From positions 1,737,665 through 1,801,664 of the forward strand of contig JAWQFM010000005.1 in the NCBI GenBank assembly GCA_033442325.1: 64,000 nt of DNA, written 5' to 3'. Below the pieces are notes generated by a model. The model had not been told where the DNA came from. It ran no database searches and worked only from the letters and a program-made list of their open reading frames with translations. The stretch comes from Salpingoeca rosetta. Lineage: Eukaryota; Protista; Choanoflagellata. How positions within the stretch are numbered: position 1 is the stretch's first letter; every line of letters starts with the position of its first letter. A program made the translations under genes and the position numbers. Of this stretch, positions 1-26,003 are shown one piece after another.

Positions 1-6926
<6,926 letters not shown>

Positions 6927-8433
6927 CGCGGTTGGAGTGGGCTTTTGTAGTTTGGCCTAGCGGCCTGCTGTGGTTGTGAGTCGCTGCAGCTGCGGCTTGT
7001 GGACTCGGCACAGCAACGGGAGGAAGTGTAACAAGGACTGGCTGTGTGCGTGTGCGCGTGCGCGTGCGTGTGTGTGTTGGGGTGGTGCAAGGACAGAAAG
7101 ACAGAGACAAGGCGGTGGTGAGACACACGTGGCGTGGCTGTGCGCATGCACACTGGTGTGTAGCAGTCACCAGCAGCAAAGGGAAAGCAGACGGACAGCA
7201 GAGAGGACAAGCAGGTAGAGGCATAGAATGGCATCTTTGACATGGACATTCACATCAAACAATCATGCCACGCTAGTCGTGTCAGGTGTTAATTTGACTT
7301 GTTGACTTGATCAAATCACCGACCATCCCACCCCTTCCTCCTCTGCTCACCCACTCGCCTTCACGTTCACCCTGCCACTCGGCTACACGCCACTCACACT
7401 CGGGCCGGTCACGCTCCGTCTCACACGCTCGCAATTTATCAACAAGCAAAAGAACGCACACACGCTCGCTCGTGTGCAGCCGATATCGCCTGCCTCGCCG
7501 ACCTTTTCTTTCGTCGCGCACACCCTCGTCCTTCTTCGTCGCTTGCTGCGAAATTGGCCTGACTCTCGCTTACTCGCTCGCTGCTGGCTTTGGGGTGTGG
7601 CCAAAAAGCCTCTCGTGCAGAAAGCGCAACGACTCCGGCTGCATACTTCCCACGCCGATAGGTTGTTGAAGATTTCCCGATCATTTCGGCGGGACAAACT
7701 GGCGTCGCAAACGTCAATTTTGACGTTGTGGTGAAAGGCAAATTTGACCTTTGCCGTCCCTTTCTGACGTCAGACAGGTTAGGAGGTTGCGTCATGCACT
7801 GCGCGAAGCGGACACGACGACCTGTTTGCAGCGCTAGTTCCGAGTGAATGGGGTGTGCTTTGCTCGTCTGCTCGTTGTTGTAATGTAACGCCGTGCCCAA
7901 CACCGCTACACATGGTCAGGAGCGGATCCAAAGGTGCTTGTGTTGTTGTAAACAATGGTCTTTCCTCTCCTTACAAAAAAAGCAAGCAAAGAAGCAAAGA
8001 AGCAAGACGATGATCTGCCTCTTTTCTGCTTCTCTGCTCCTTCTTCTTCTTTGACAGGGGGACAACAAACAACAAATTACATGTCGTCGCCTCACTCAAA
8101 AGAGGGCAGCACAAGCGACCCAAGTTGTCTAGTTGTTGATGCCGGGCAGTTCCTTTCTCCACAGTATCACACGCACAACATTACGTGAACATCCCTCCCC
8201 GTACAATCCCGCCAGCTGTCAACCTGAGAATCTGAACGTACACATCGATTGAGAATTGCAATCAACACCCTGACTGACACCACACACCGCCTGAACGAGC
8301 ATCCATCAAAGCATCAAAGCATCAAAGCATCAAGCAAACAGGAGAATCGAGGCGGCTCAAACGACACGCGAACACACGACCCAGCAAGCAAGAAAACAGG
8401 AAAACAAGCGAGCAAGGACAAAGACATAGAATC

Positions 8434-13091
<4,658 letters not shown>

Positions 13092-13598
13092 GCAGTTGGA
13101 CCGAGATGCTCTGAGCGTTGTTGAGCTGCTCAGCACACGATGCTTGGAACGGGTTTCGTCTTGGGCTGCCGTGCTGACACGCTCAAAAGAGAACATCACA
13201 CGAACCTTGGCCTCTTCTCTCCTTCTTTCTTGTCGCTTTTGATTCCCCGCATCCTTGCAGCACGCCTGAGCTTTCCAATGCGTTCCTTCCTGCCTTCTTG
13301 CTTTCTCGGCTTCTTGTTCCTGCGCTGCTGTCATTGACTCGTATTCCCCGTCCTCCTCCTCCTCCTCTTCCTCCTCAGGTTTGCATGCTTCTCTCATCCC
13401 GGTCAAAGCTTCAGAGTCAAGTCTGGTGCTGCGTTCAATAAAGATCGACTCAAAAAAGTCACAATCCAAGTTGTTCGTCACTCCATGGTTGATATGAACA
13501 AGGCGCACTCGCCCACACAATTTCACACAGGCCAGCGGACCAAGCCACACATCACAACCAACAGCGCCACATCGCCTCCTTCTGCAGGTAGGGCGCGC

Positions 13599-14189
13599 TC
13601 AGACCTTGGACTTCTTCGCCTTCTTCTTCGGCAGCAAATCTTCATCGTCCTCATCCAGCAACCAGTCCTCCTCGCCAGCGTTGCCAGCTTCATCTTCTTC
13701 TCCATCACTGCTGTCCCCGTATGTGGCCTCGTCCTGCCGCTCGTTGCCATCATCGTCGCTCTCCACGGCGGCATCGTCGTAGTCTGCGCCGCCAATCATG
13801 GGTGCCACGCCGCCAAGACCCATCGCCTCCATCGCCTCGGCACGTCGCTCTCGCTCCTTCTGCTTCCGCTGCATCTTCTTCTCTCTGATCGTGTGCGAGT
13901 GAGTGAGTGAGTGAGTGAGTGAGTGAGTGAGTGAGTGAGTGAGTGAGTGAGTGAGTGAGTGAGTGGGTGAGTGCGTGCGTGCGTGCGTGAGTGAGTGAGT
14001 GAGTGAGTGAGTGAGTCGAATACAAAGTTGAACACGAATGAGAGCAACACCAAGTGATGAAAGATCAGTCACCGCACATGACACACACACACACAGACTG
14101 ACTTGATGCGCTGACGCTCCAGCTTCTTGTCAATCTCATGGAAGTTTTCCATGTCCTGTTTCACTTCTTGCACAAGCGTGTCATCTGGT

Positions 14190-14288
<99 letters not shown>

Positions 14289-14314
14289 CCAACAACAACA
14301 ACACCAACAACACC

Positions 14315-14370
<56 letters not shown>

Positions 14371-14629
14371 CGTGAGGTCGTGTGTGCGTCGTACAAGTTT
14401 GCGAAGCACAAATGCAAGGGCGCAAACGAGCACACTCGTCAACACATGTCATCGATCCCACACCAAGTCGCACCTTCAGGCGAGAATTGATCTGCAATAT
14501 CCTTCTTGCTCATGTCCAGACCAACAAGCTTGGGACCCATCTGCAGTATTATCACACACACACACAATCATGTGTGCGCAGCAGAAACTGTTGTGAGCCC
14601 TTCATGACCGACAAACGTGTACGCACGCA

Positions 14630-14676
<47 letters not shown>

Positions 14677-16011
14677 GCACGCTCAATTGTAGGAGAGAAA
14701 CGGGTCAAGTTGCAGCCCACCTTGATGGCATTGCCTTCGTCATCAAAGACATAGCGCTCGTTGTGTCGCAGTTGCCTCTTCAGGACGGCAGCGCGCGTCT
14801 GTCGCTGCATCTCCTTCTGCTTGCGCTTGGAGAGCACGGCGGGCTTCTTGTCGCTCGGATCAATTTCCTCGTGCGTCTGCGTCGTCCGCTGAACAAGGAG
14901 GTCGTCATCTTGCTCCCCAAGTTCGTGCAGCTTGTTGAACGCAGCGCTCAGCACATCTGCCGCGTTGCACAGAAAGACAAGCACAGATTGTGTGAGACTC
15001 ACAAAGGGGCAGAGAGCTAAACACGTAATATAGAGCACGCGCACACGCATGCCACAACAAAACAACAACGACGACAGTGGCAGCAACAGCAAGAACACAC
15101 AATCTCATGCATACAAGCAAACAAACAACACAAGCGTGCACAGCATGCAAGCCTCACGCACTCTCCCATGCACGCACCCTTGTTCTTGCGAGCCATCATG
15201 CGCTGGAACTTGGTCAGCTGCTTCTTTGGCTTCTTTTCTGCCTCGTCATCATCGCTGTCAAGCGTCACGCGTTCCCCATCATCATCATCATCGTCATCAT
15301 CATCATCATCCTCATCGTCGTCATCATCATCCTCATCATCATCATCATCCTCATCGTCATCATCATCATCATCATCGTCATCGTCATCGTCATCAGCAAT
15401 GTTGGTGTTGCGCATGGCCGCGTCCACCTCCTCTCCCGCACTCTCATCGCTTTCACCACTGCTGCCCTCCTCCTCTTCCTTTGTGACAGTCTGTGCGCCA
15501 GCCCGCTCCCTAAGACAATGAGTGACGAGCGTACACAACAAAGTGCGAGGGAGTGAGAACAGGCAGACTGGTGCAACGGATCATTGTGCACATGGGGGCT
15601 GCGTTACACTGAGCAACCCATTTTCGAAACAACGCACAAGTGCCCGACATGCCAATAGGTGTGAGCAGCAAATGCTTGACGGTACAACAAGCAATCAAGA
15701 CAATCGACGCACTTGCTGGCTTGTGCCGCCTGAATCTGCGTGATGTGCTTGCCACCGATGCGGACATTGGGTGCAGTTGGCAGACCCAGCGACATTGCAA
15801 ACGACTGCGGTGGGTTGAGTGAACAATTGCAATTTGCATGCGAACAAGTGAACGAGCGAAAGCATAAGCACAAGCAAGCAAGAGTGAGCGTGAGTGTGTA
15901 CGTGTATCAAAACATGCCACTGCAGCATAAGAGCAGGTAACACAAGGGCGCGAACATGAGGAAATAGTCTGGGATTTCCGCTCTCAAAGCAGTGAAAGGA
16001 TTGCTTGCGAC

Positions 16012-16097
<86 letters not shown>

Positions 16098-16967
16098 CGC
16101 AATGAGTGTCGACACAACGAACCTCAAGTGGCAGAGCGTGAACCTTGAACACGTCCTTGTTTGCTTGATTGTACACCGAGCGTACATATCGCACAAAATA
16201 CTGCAAGGCCCAGACAAGCAACACACGTGACGGTATGGAGAAGAGAGGCAGCGTTCAAGGCGCGTCGTTTTGTGTCATGTGTGCATGTGTTTGAACATCT
16301 TCATGCACACAGTCACACACAAACACATAGCCCCATAAGTACACAACCTCTCACACAGTACACAACCTCTTATACACACCCACAACAGCAGACAGCCCTT
16401 CTCCCCGTGCCTTGCCCCGCCCCTGCCCCACCCAAAACTCATCTCCCTATCCATACACATGTCCGCCACGTGGTGTGCGGCATGTCGGACCTGTTTTCCG
16501 AGCATCAGCATGTCCGGGTCTGTCGCATACTCGCGCCGCATCGTCTCCACAATGGAGCGGACAGCGCGTGCGGAGATTTCCTTGCGGGCAATCGGCACCT
16601 TGCGCCCCTCAAGCTGCTTCACCATGTTCAGCTCAGACGGCAGGAGAAACAGCATGGCGTTGCCGTTCTTGCCAAACCGCGCAGTCCGCCCCTGTGGTGT
16701 GGACGTGTGGTTGGTTGGTTGGTTGGTTGGTTGGTTGGTTGGTTGGTGTTGGGGAGGAATGGGGTCGTGGCAAAGGCAAGAAGCAACCGCAGCGGGTGCA
16801 CAACTGCAGCCAAAGCAGCATCATCGCAAGTGTACACCATCACAACGCACCACGCGATGGATGTATGTGTCCACGGATTCCGGACAGTCGACCTGCAGCA
16901 CCCAGTTGACGTTTGGAATGTCCAGTCCACGCGCAGCAACGTCCGTCGTCAGCAGCACCTGCGTCAT

Positions 16968-17042
<75 letters not shown>

Positions 17043-17047
17043 TGGGT

Positions 17048-17087
<40 letters not shown>

Positions 17088-17630
17088 TGTGTGTGTGTGT
17101 GGGTGGGTGTGGGTGTGTTTGTGTGACGTTGGTTGAGGGCGTGTGTGTGTGCGGAATGGGTTCACGGTGTTGGATATGAATAGCAATTGAATGAGTGCTT
17201 GCAAGCACAGGCGAGCAGTGAATGAAAAGTGAAACAGCATTCACACAATTCCCGTCATGTACACCATTCACACACACAATACACACACACACACATACAC
17301 CGCGCACGCCTGGAAGAACGCACCGCGGCCTTGGCCTTTGAGAACTTGCGCAGCGTCTCCTGGCGCGTGTGGAGGGAACGGCGGCCAACGAGCTCAAAGA
17401 TGGATACGCCCGGCTTGCGACGACAAAAGATTTTGTACAGCAGGTTCACCTGCTTGCGGCAGGCGAGGAAGACCATGGTCTTGTGCTTCTTGTGGGATTC
17501 GATGAACGAATAAAGGAGGTTGATCTTCTCGTGCAGCGGCACTTCGACGTAGCACTGCTTCAGCCGCGCAGGTGTCGCCGCTTGGTCCTGGAGCGGGCGG
17601 GGGTTAGAGAGGGAGGGAGTGTGTGTGAGT

Positions 17631-17675
<45 letters not shown>

Positions 17676-17742
17676 TGTCAGTGATTGAGTGTGTTACATG
17701 TGGGCATGGGTGTATTCCAACGCTCACACGCACGCTCACACG

Positions 17743-17786
<44 letters not shown>

Positions 17787-18337
17787 TGCAACACGAAATC
17801 AAGACATGACGCGGCAGCCAGCGTCGCACCTTGTGCACGTTGATGAAGACCGGGTTGTGGAGACTGAGGCGGGCAAGCTCGTCCACCTCCGCCGTTTGCG
17901 TCGCAGAGAACAGCTGGTGATATGATTGGTTTTGGTCCCAGCGATGGTGGTGGTGGTGGTGTCAATATAGGTTAGCGTAGTACAACTTGCATTCAGCGTG
18001 CGTACTTGTTCCACACAAACACACACACACACACATTCACACATGCAAACACCCTACACACTCTCTCTTTCTCGTGTGAGCAAGCGCGTGGCATGGAACG
18101 CACGAGGGTTTGGCGGTGCGGGGGCATTTCGCTGACAATGCGATCGACCTCCTCCTTGAAGCCGCTGTCAAGCAGGCGGTCCGCTTCGTCAAGCACCAGC
18201 ACCTGTGCATAGTCGTAGCGGTGGCGGTGGCGGTGGCAAGGAGGTGAGGAGGTGAGCACGAGCACAGCTTGTGGTGGTGGTGGTGGTGGTGGTGTATCAG
18301 ATTTATACGCACACTGTCCACACACTGTCCACACACA

Positions 18338-18378
<41 letters not shown>

Positions 18379-19044
18379 ACACACACACGCACGCACGCAC
18401 GCACACAACACGCACCTGAAGGTTGTCAAAGCCAAAGTTTGGTGTTTCGTCCATGTGTTGCACGAGGCGACCAGGTGTGCAGATGATGATGTTTCTGGTC
18501 GCAGCCATCGTCTTCTCAATCTTCACGTTGTTTCCTCCAATGAAGAGCGCACACGACATCTGTTGCGTGTAGAACAGTGGGCGTGGTGAACGGCAGGTGG
18601 GAGGGGGGCAGCACGTAAAGTACATCACGTATCCCCTACAACACCATTCACCACCGATGTTCCGACACAGCAAGATCGGCTGATGCGCCTCTCCTCTCCC
18701 ACACATACAACCAAACCGTGCTCCAGCCAGCACAGCTCTCCAAAGTATCAACTACCTCGCAGGCAGGCAGACAGACATGCAGACAGACAGACATGCAGAC
18801 AGACAGAGAGACAGGCAGACACACACACACACACACAGACACACACCTCGTGGCCGGTTGCGACTTGGACGAGTGTGTTGTATGTTTGCTGTGCAAGCTC
18901 GCGTGTTGGGGAGACGACGACGGCGCCAATGCCCAAATCGCGGCTGAAGCGCTCGCGGTTGAGTTTCTCCAGCACCTGACGAACATGTGCACGTGGGCAA
19001 CGCGGTTAGGGCGTGCGCATTTAGTGTGTACGTACGTGGCGGAT

Positions 19045-19120
<76 letters not shown>

Positions 19121-19963
19121 ACGCACACGTGCACGTATGTTATGGACGAGCGTGTTGGGTGCTTGAATGACACAAGGCAATGTCACACGTGAGCAGGCGG
19201 CATGTGGACGCGAGGGCAAGCACGGGCGGCAACTCACGGGAATAAGGAACGCAAGCGTCTTGCCAGAGCCCGTCTTTGCAGCACCGAGCACATCACGGCC
19301 GGCCAGTGCATGCTTCAAGGTTGCTTTTTGAATGCGGGTTGGTTTGATGAACCCCGCATCCGCCAGCCCTGATATGTGTGTGTGTGTGTGTTTGTGAATA
19401 AGGGTGTGCATAACAAACCCCCCTTGTCCTGTTTGCCTTCAAAACCTTGGTCCACTTGCTTCACTTCCAGCTCCCACCACCGTCTTTTGGCCATGCAACA
19501 ACCTCCTGGCACTCTCCCCAAGGGCTCACCTTTCTTGGTGCGGTTTGAGATGGGGAATTCTGTAAACAGCTTGAAGCCTGCCACATCGTAATCCTGAATG
19601 CGCACACAAGACATGGGTTGAGCACAGACAGTGAGTGCCATGAGCGTCACACAGGGCGAAATGTGACAAGCGCGCACACGGAGCCGTGGCACACAGCAAA
19701 ACACACACACACACATGCACGCACACACATACACATATGCATGCACACACACACACACACACATGCACACACACACACACACATGCACACACACATACAC
19801 ACACACATACACATTTGCACACCTCCTGGATGCGTTCTTCAAGCTGCTGGATCTCTTCGTCGTCCTTCTTCTTCTCCAGCGCACGTTTGCTCAGCACACG
19901 CCCATTGCGCCCGTTGCGCCCGATACGGCCCTGGTGACCACCCCTCTTGCCTTTCTGCCCCAT
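13599..19963 (-). CDS. DDX10: DEAD-box RNA helicase DDX10/Dbp4 (SSU processome)
   Basis: Spliced motifs: Q motif [73 protein letters not shown]. The GGNNVKIEK segment and the acidic/basic C-terminal tail are Dbp4-like. ATG at 19963 (MGQKGKRGG), stop at 13599-13601. Confidence 0.9.
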
Positions 19964-20143
19964 CTCCTCGAATGCGTGGTTTGTCTGTGTGAACTGATGT
20001 GTGGTCTGGGTGTCACTAGCAGCAAGTAGCAAGCAGCACACGTGGTCGAAGCAGTCGTTGTCCTTCCAATTCTTTCTCCTCTCTGTGAGAAAATCGCGCA
20101 CAAACCCCCCACGTGCGCACACGCACACACACACCCACACACA

Positions 20144-20198
<55 letters not shown>

Positions 20199-20289
20199 GA
20201 CACACACACTTGACACGCACACTTGACACGCAGACACGAAGACACGAAGACACGAAGACACGAAGACACGAGTCCCGATCATCGACAAC
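19964..20289. promoter_or_regulatory. Putative bidirectional promoter between DDX10 and NOB1
   Basis: 326 bp separate the divergent ATGs. The interval contains a (CA)n tract and (GACACGAA)x4+GACACGAG at 20233-20272. Confidence 0.55.
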
Positions 20290-21721
20290 ATGGAGGGCGA
20301 CGCTGCTGTGCGACAGAACGAAGAGGTGGCGAAGACAAGGGAGGAGGAGCATGAGCAGGAGGATGTCACAACTCCAGCGGCAGACGAAGAAACGCCTGGC
20401 AGCACCGAGCAGCCGGTTGAAGACCACGCTGTAGCCGACGATGAGGAAGATGCGGACGAGGACGGGGAATGGGAGATGAGCGCGGCTGACAAGAAGAAGC
20501 TGCAGCAACAAGAGCAGCGAGCACAGAAGAGTGGACGCCACAAGTCCAAGCCCCAGAAGGACACAGCCCACTGCTCCGTACTCGTTGCGGATACAGCCGC
20601 CTTCATCAAGAACGCGCCGCTGTATCGCCTTGCAGAGCGTGTCGTGACGGTGCCGGAGGTGTTGGCGGAGATCCGTGACGAGGAGGCACGCCGGCGTCTG
20701 AAGATGCTGCCGTTTGAGCTGGAGGTGCGCAACCCTTCCCCAGCCGCCATTGCTGCCATGTCCAGCTTTGCCAAGAAGACGGGTGATCTCCGAGCGCTCT
20801 CCGCAACCGATCTGCACGTGCTGGCCCTCGCATACATGCTGGATGTGGAGGCCCACGGCAGCGACAAGCACCTCAACGCTGAGCCAAAGAAGGTGTGCGT
20901 GCGTATGTGTGCGTTTGTGGTGTGCGACATGGGTGTGTGTTTGCGTACTCGTGTGTGTATGTGTGTGCGTGTGTGTGTGTGTCTGCGTACCTTTGTGTCT
21001 GCGTACATTTGTGTCTGCGTGCGCCTACACACGCAAGGCGTGTGTGTTGATCGCCTGGCGTGACGCTTCACTCGTGTCACGATTGCCGCGTTACGACTGA
21101 TGCCCTCACTTTCATTGTTGGTCCTTGATGCTCCAGGGCCCTGCGAAGAAGAAGCGCAACCGCAAGAACCGAAAGCGCGGCAAGAACAAGGCGGCCGCCA
21201 ATGACGCAGCGCAGAAGGGGAGTGGTGACACAGAGCAGGCTGCAAAGAGCGAGCGCACGCACGCAGAGGCAGCAGTGGCGACAGCACAAGCAGAACAGAA
21301 GAAGGATGAGTCGGTGAAGGAAGAGGTCGAGCAGAAAGAGGACAAGCAAGAGGAGCAGGAAGAGGGAGCAACAAGCGAGGTGGCGAACAAGGACGATGAG
21401 CAAGCTGTTGCCGCTGTTAGCGGCGATGACAATGGCAATGGCGAGGAAGGAGACGAAGACGAAGACGCGGAAGAAGAAGAAGAAGAAGAAGAAGGGGACA
21501 ACAACGCGGGAGACAATGAGGCATCAAACGAGGAAGAGGTGAAAGTTGAAGTGGACGATGATGATGATGACGAGCAGGATGATGAGCACGGTGCAGTTGC
21601 GGACGAGGACAACGTAGCAACAGCAGATGGTCACACGCTCGAGCAACTACCATCTGATGGTGACGACGATGACGACGCGGAGTGGCAGGTTGCCCCGACA
21701 AAGTCCAAGGTTTGTGATGCG

Positions 21722-21773
<52 letters not shown>

Positions 21774-23233
21774 CGTGCGTGTGTGTATGTGTGTAATGAA
21801 GTGCATATGTTCATGTACTCACTCTGTTTCGTCTTTAACCCTTTCATCATCATATATGTGTATGTGTCTGTTTGTTCGCTGATGGTGAGCAGAAGATGAC
21901 AGAGGCGGCCCGGCGCAGGAAAGGTGATACGCCCCCTAATCATGCATGCAAGCATCATGTGCTCCATTCGCTCGCGTGACTATATGCCTGCCGGAATGCA
22001 CACGAATAGAATAACACGCGTGCAATGACGACACTGTGGCCTTGCTACTTTTGTTATTGCTGCTGCTGGTGGCGGTGGGATGCGTGCTGTCCCGCCCGTT
22101 CGCATATTGCTCTCTTCTGCGCATGTACTGACATGACTGTGTGTGATTTGACAGAGGCGCAAATCCGGAGAGACGCAAAGTTCTTCTCAGCCACAGGTGC
22201 ACACGCACAAATGATTGCTCATGACTGTTGGCCAATGGCAAAAGTGCCCCTGTCTCCTTCCTCCTGCACCCATGTGCTCTCTCTCTTTCTCTCAAACACA
22301 CGCTCTCTAACTCACACAACACATCATACTCGCATTGACGCCCACTTGATCGTGCATATGTGTATGTGTGCGTGTGTCACAGGGACAGCGGATGGTAGCG
22401 ACGGCTGGATCACGCCCGCCAACATGCCGAAGGTGGTGAAGAAGATGAAGAAGGAAAATGTCGACAAGTATGCATTCTCAAAGGTACGGGAAGCATTGGT
22501 GATGGCTTGGGAGGGGGTGTGCTTGCAGGCACGCCACGATGACTGCACATATGCTGTCTGAGAGGAGATCAGATCACACCGTCGACTCAAACTGACATGC
22601 ACACACCACCACCAACCACAAACAACACCAACCACAATCAACAACACCAACCACAAACAACAACAACAACAACAACAACAAACAACAACACCAACCACAA
22701 ACAACAACAACAACAACAACAACAAACAACAACACCAACCACAAACAACAACAACTACAACTTAAATAACAACAACAACAACTTAAACAACAACAACTAC
22801 AACTTAAACAACAACAACAACAACTTAAACAACAACAACAACAACCAGGTTGCGTGCATGACGACGGATTTTGCGATGCAGAATGTGCTGCTGCAGAAAG
22901 GACTGCGGCTCATGTCACTGGACGGACTTCTGGTCCACCGCCTGCGCTACCACGTGCTCAAGTGCGAGGCGTGCTTTGCTGTCACTACTCAGACCAACCG
23001 CGACTTTTGTCAGTCGTGCGGCCACCCAACCTTGCAGCGCGTGTCTGCTGCTGTGGACAAGCGGGGCCAGGTGAAAGTCTTTGAACCTCGCGTGAAGCGC
23101 GTGAACCTCAAGGGCACAAAGTACTCTGTGCCGATGCCAAAGGGCGGACGCGACCGGAGGAAGAACCTCATCCTCACAGAGGACCAACAGGCCCGAGTTG
23201 CTAGCCTCCCTGCCCCACGAGTGAGTGGTCTGC

Positions 23234-23272
<39 letters not shown>

Positions 23273-23742
23273 CGTGTGTGTGTGTAGTGTGTGTGCGTGT
23301 GTGTGTGTGTGTAGTGTGTGTGTGTGTGTGGAGCGTGTGTGTGTGCGTGTGTCGACGTGGCTACTGCAGTGACAATTGTAATGTGAATGACATGCTGGTG
23401 ATGCTTTGTGTCCACAGTTCTCTGCCTCATTCACACACAGACACACACGCACGCACACACGCACACAAACACACGCACACACAAATACCTTAATCTTCGG
23501 CTCACCCTCTCTTTCCCTCCAACCTCCGCCCCCGCCTCTTCCCTTGTGCCTGCATGCAACACTGGACGCAACTGCAGAAGAAGGTCGTGGACGTGTTCAG
23601 CGACGATTTCCTCGAGCACCTGTCTCCGTTTGGCACGAGCAACGCCCCCTCCCGTCGCGCTGTCAACCGCAAGCCCGTGCCCGGTTACGGCCGCCGCAAC
23701 CCCAACGAACCAAAGCCAAAGGGCAAGTCCAGGCGCAAGTAG
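20290..23742 (+). CDS. NOB1: 20S pre-rRNA site-D endonuclease NOB1 (PIN domain + zinc ribbon)
   Basis: VLVADTAAFI, TVPEVLAEIRD, KKTGDLRALSATDLHVLALAY, an acidic insertion, DGWITPAN, ACMTTDFAMQNVLLQ, Zn ribbon CEAC..FCQSCGHPTL, GTKYSVPMPKGG, GYGRRNPN. Stop TAG ends at 23742. Confidence 0.95.
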
Positions 23743-24090
23743 AAGTGCGGGGAAGGGAAAGGCCATGGGGTGGCGTTGTGGTGATGGTGTTTGCGAAGGG
23801 TGGTGGCAAGTTGTGTTGTAGGGTTTGGGGATTGGACGGCGGAGTGGCGGTGATTTGCAGAGTGTGTTGTGGGGTGCACTTTCCTTCCGTGCTGTGTATG
23901 TGTGTTTCGTTGTTGTGTTGTGTTGTCATGTTGCGCTGCGTCTCTGTCGTACGATCTGTACGATGTGACGTGAATTGATGACAATTGTTTACCTAGCCTG
24001 TGTTGTTTTGCTGCAAGCGGCACCTTGCGCTTCAAATAAACACCATCGACAAACGCATACTCTCCCAACACTCACCCAGCACTCACCCAG

Positions 24091-24744
24091 TCAGCTGGCA
24101 TGCCGTGCTCGACTACCACGATAAGCACCACAGCGATCACCATCACGATCACCATCATCGTCACCATCAGCATTGGCCGTGTCGTGGGACGTCAAGACGC
24201 CAAGGGCGCGCAAGACAGCATACGCCGCCCGTCGCGTGAATGGTGCCTGCAAGCAATCAATGTACACGTGCCCGCAGTATCGCTGTGCCAAGGAGTTGGC
24301 CCAGGTTTGGAGCTGCATGGATGGACAGTGGAGGGACAGGAAGCACAGGTGTGGTGACAGGAATCAGGGTGGCAAGACAATTCAAATCGTGCAAAAACTA
24401 CACTCACATGATGACCACACACACAACACACACACACACACACATGGTGACCACAAACACAAATACACAAACAAACACATGCACACACGCACACACAAAC
24501 AAACACGCACAAACACACAGAGGAAGATTCAGGCCAACGCGCGTACGGGGTCATCGACGAGGCCCCAGAGGGTGATGGTGGCGTTGTGGACGTGACGCAT
24601 GAGGGCGGCGATGGCGTGGGGAGATTCGCGTGCGCAGCAAGCGGACATGGCAAACGTTGGCGGGGTGGGCAGCTCATGTGCTTGACACAACTCGATCATC
24701 TGAAGAAAAAGTTGCGCAGATGTGGGTGAGAAGAGAAGTGAGCT

Positions 24745-24835
<91 letters not shown>

Positions 24836-26003
24836 TGCCGCACGGGTGGTCGTGCACGCACTTCAGTTGCCATGACCATTGTGTAGGCAAAGTTGAATGT
24901 GTACATGGAGGTTGTCCAGCCGAGCGACAGTGTGCCGTGGTGCTTGCACTGGCTAACAAATGCGTCAGCATCAAAGAGCGGGGCGGCACCGCCTGTGCGC
25001 CGAAACAACGAACAAAGCTCACTGTGAGCAACAACAATTAATCGCTGGGCTGAAAGCAGATGCATTGCGTGCGACATGTTACAGGTGCATCCGCTCACCT
25101 GGCCCCTTGAGGATGTCTGCATTGAGCCAGACCTCCCAAGTGGAGAGGGACGCTGCGGCCATGGCGGGTACACGATGAAAGTCATGAGTGAGACTGCGCG
25201 ACACAGGGTTGTGGAAACAAAGACTGGGGAAACGAAGGCATGGGCGAAGAGGAAAAGCAACGGAGTGTGCTTGCACGTGGTATGCCGTGCCTTGCGTACA
25301 GCTGCAGACAGACGGCAGGCAAAACAGTGAGCATAATTGCGCAGCTGGCGTTGTGTACCTGTAAATTTGTCGAGGAGGTTCAAGCTGGGTTGAACGACAG
25401 CCGGATCCTTGAAGTCGAGCTTGACGATCTTCTGGTGGCTCTGCTGGGGTGGCTCGTGTGCCACCAATGCCTGCAAAAGGTCCTCAACGGTGATGTCCGA
25501 CGTGCGTTCGGGAGGATGGGCCAAAATGGGCACATTCCCCTCAGACAGCAGCACATCAGCCTTGATGCAGGAAGAGAGGGACGTGGCACAACTGTCAGTG
25601 GTTGAGGAGGACAGTGGGTGGTGGAGCTGGTGGGGCTGGCTGGTAGGAAATGCATGAACATATAACAATAACATTTCGCAAACACAAGCAAGCAAGAAGG
25701 GTGCGCACAGACACACACTGCTGCATACAGACTGACACAACACAACACACAACACGCTCTCACACACCCACAACACACACAAACTCACCCAGTACACACA
25801 CAGTAAGTAAGTTTCCACACACACACACACACACACATAAACAGGCACATGTGCACTCATGTCACCTCGATGCACACGATGCCTTGGGCGAGCGCAGCCT
25901 CGAGCTGGGCCTTGGAATTGACGGCATGTGCCCACAACGCCGCACGTCCACCACCACCACCACCACCAGCACCACCAGTGCGAGTGTCGTCGTCACCCCC
26001 CAT
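24091..26003 (-). CDS. FAM151/menorin-family (DUF2181) PLC-like phosphodiesterase, single domain, FAM151B-like
   Basis: Spliced product contains WAHAVNSKAQL, IEADV, ILAHPP, KLDFK, VWLNADILKGPG, TLSLGWTT, PTF, TITLW and VYID. No signal peptide or TM segment seen. Confidence 0.85.
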
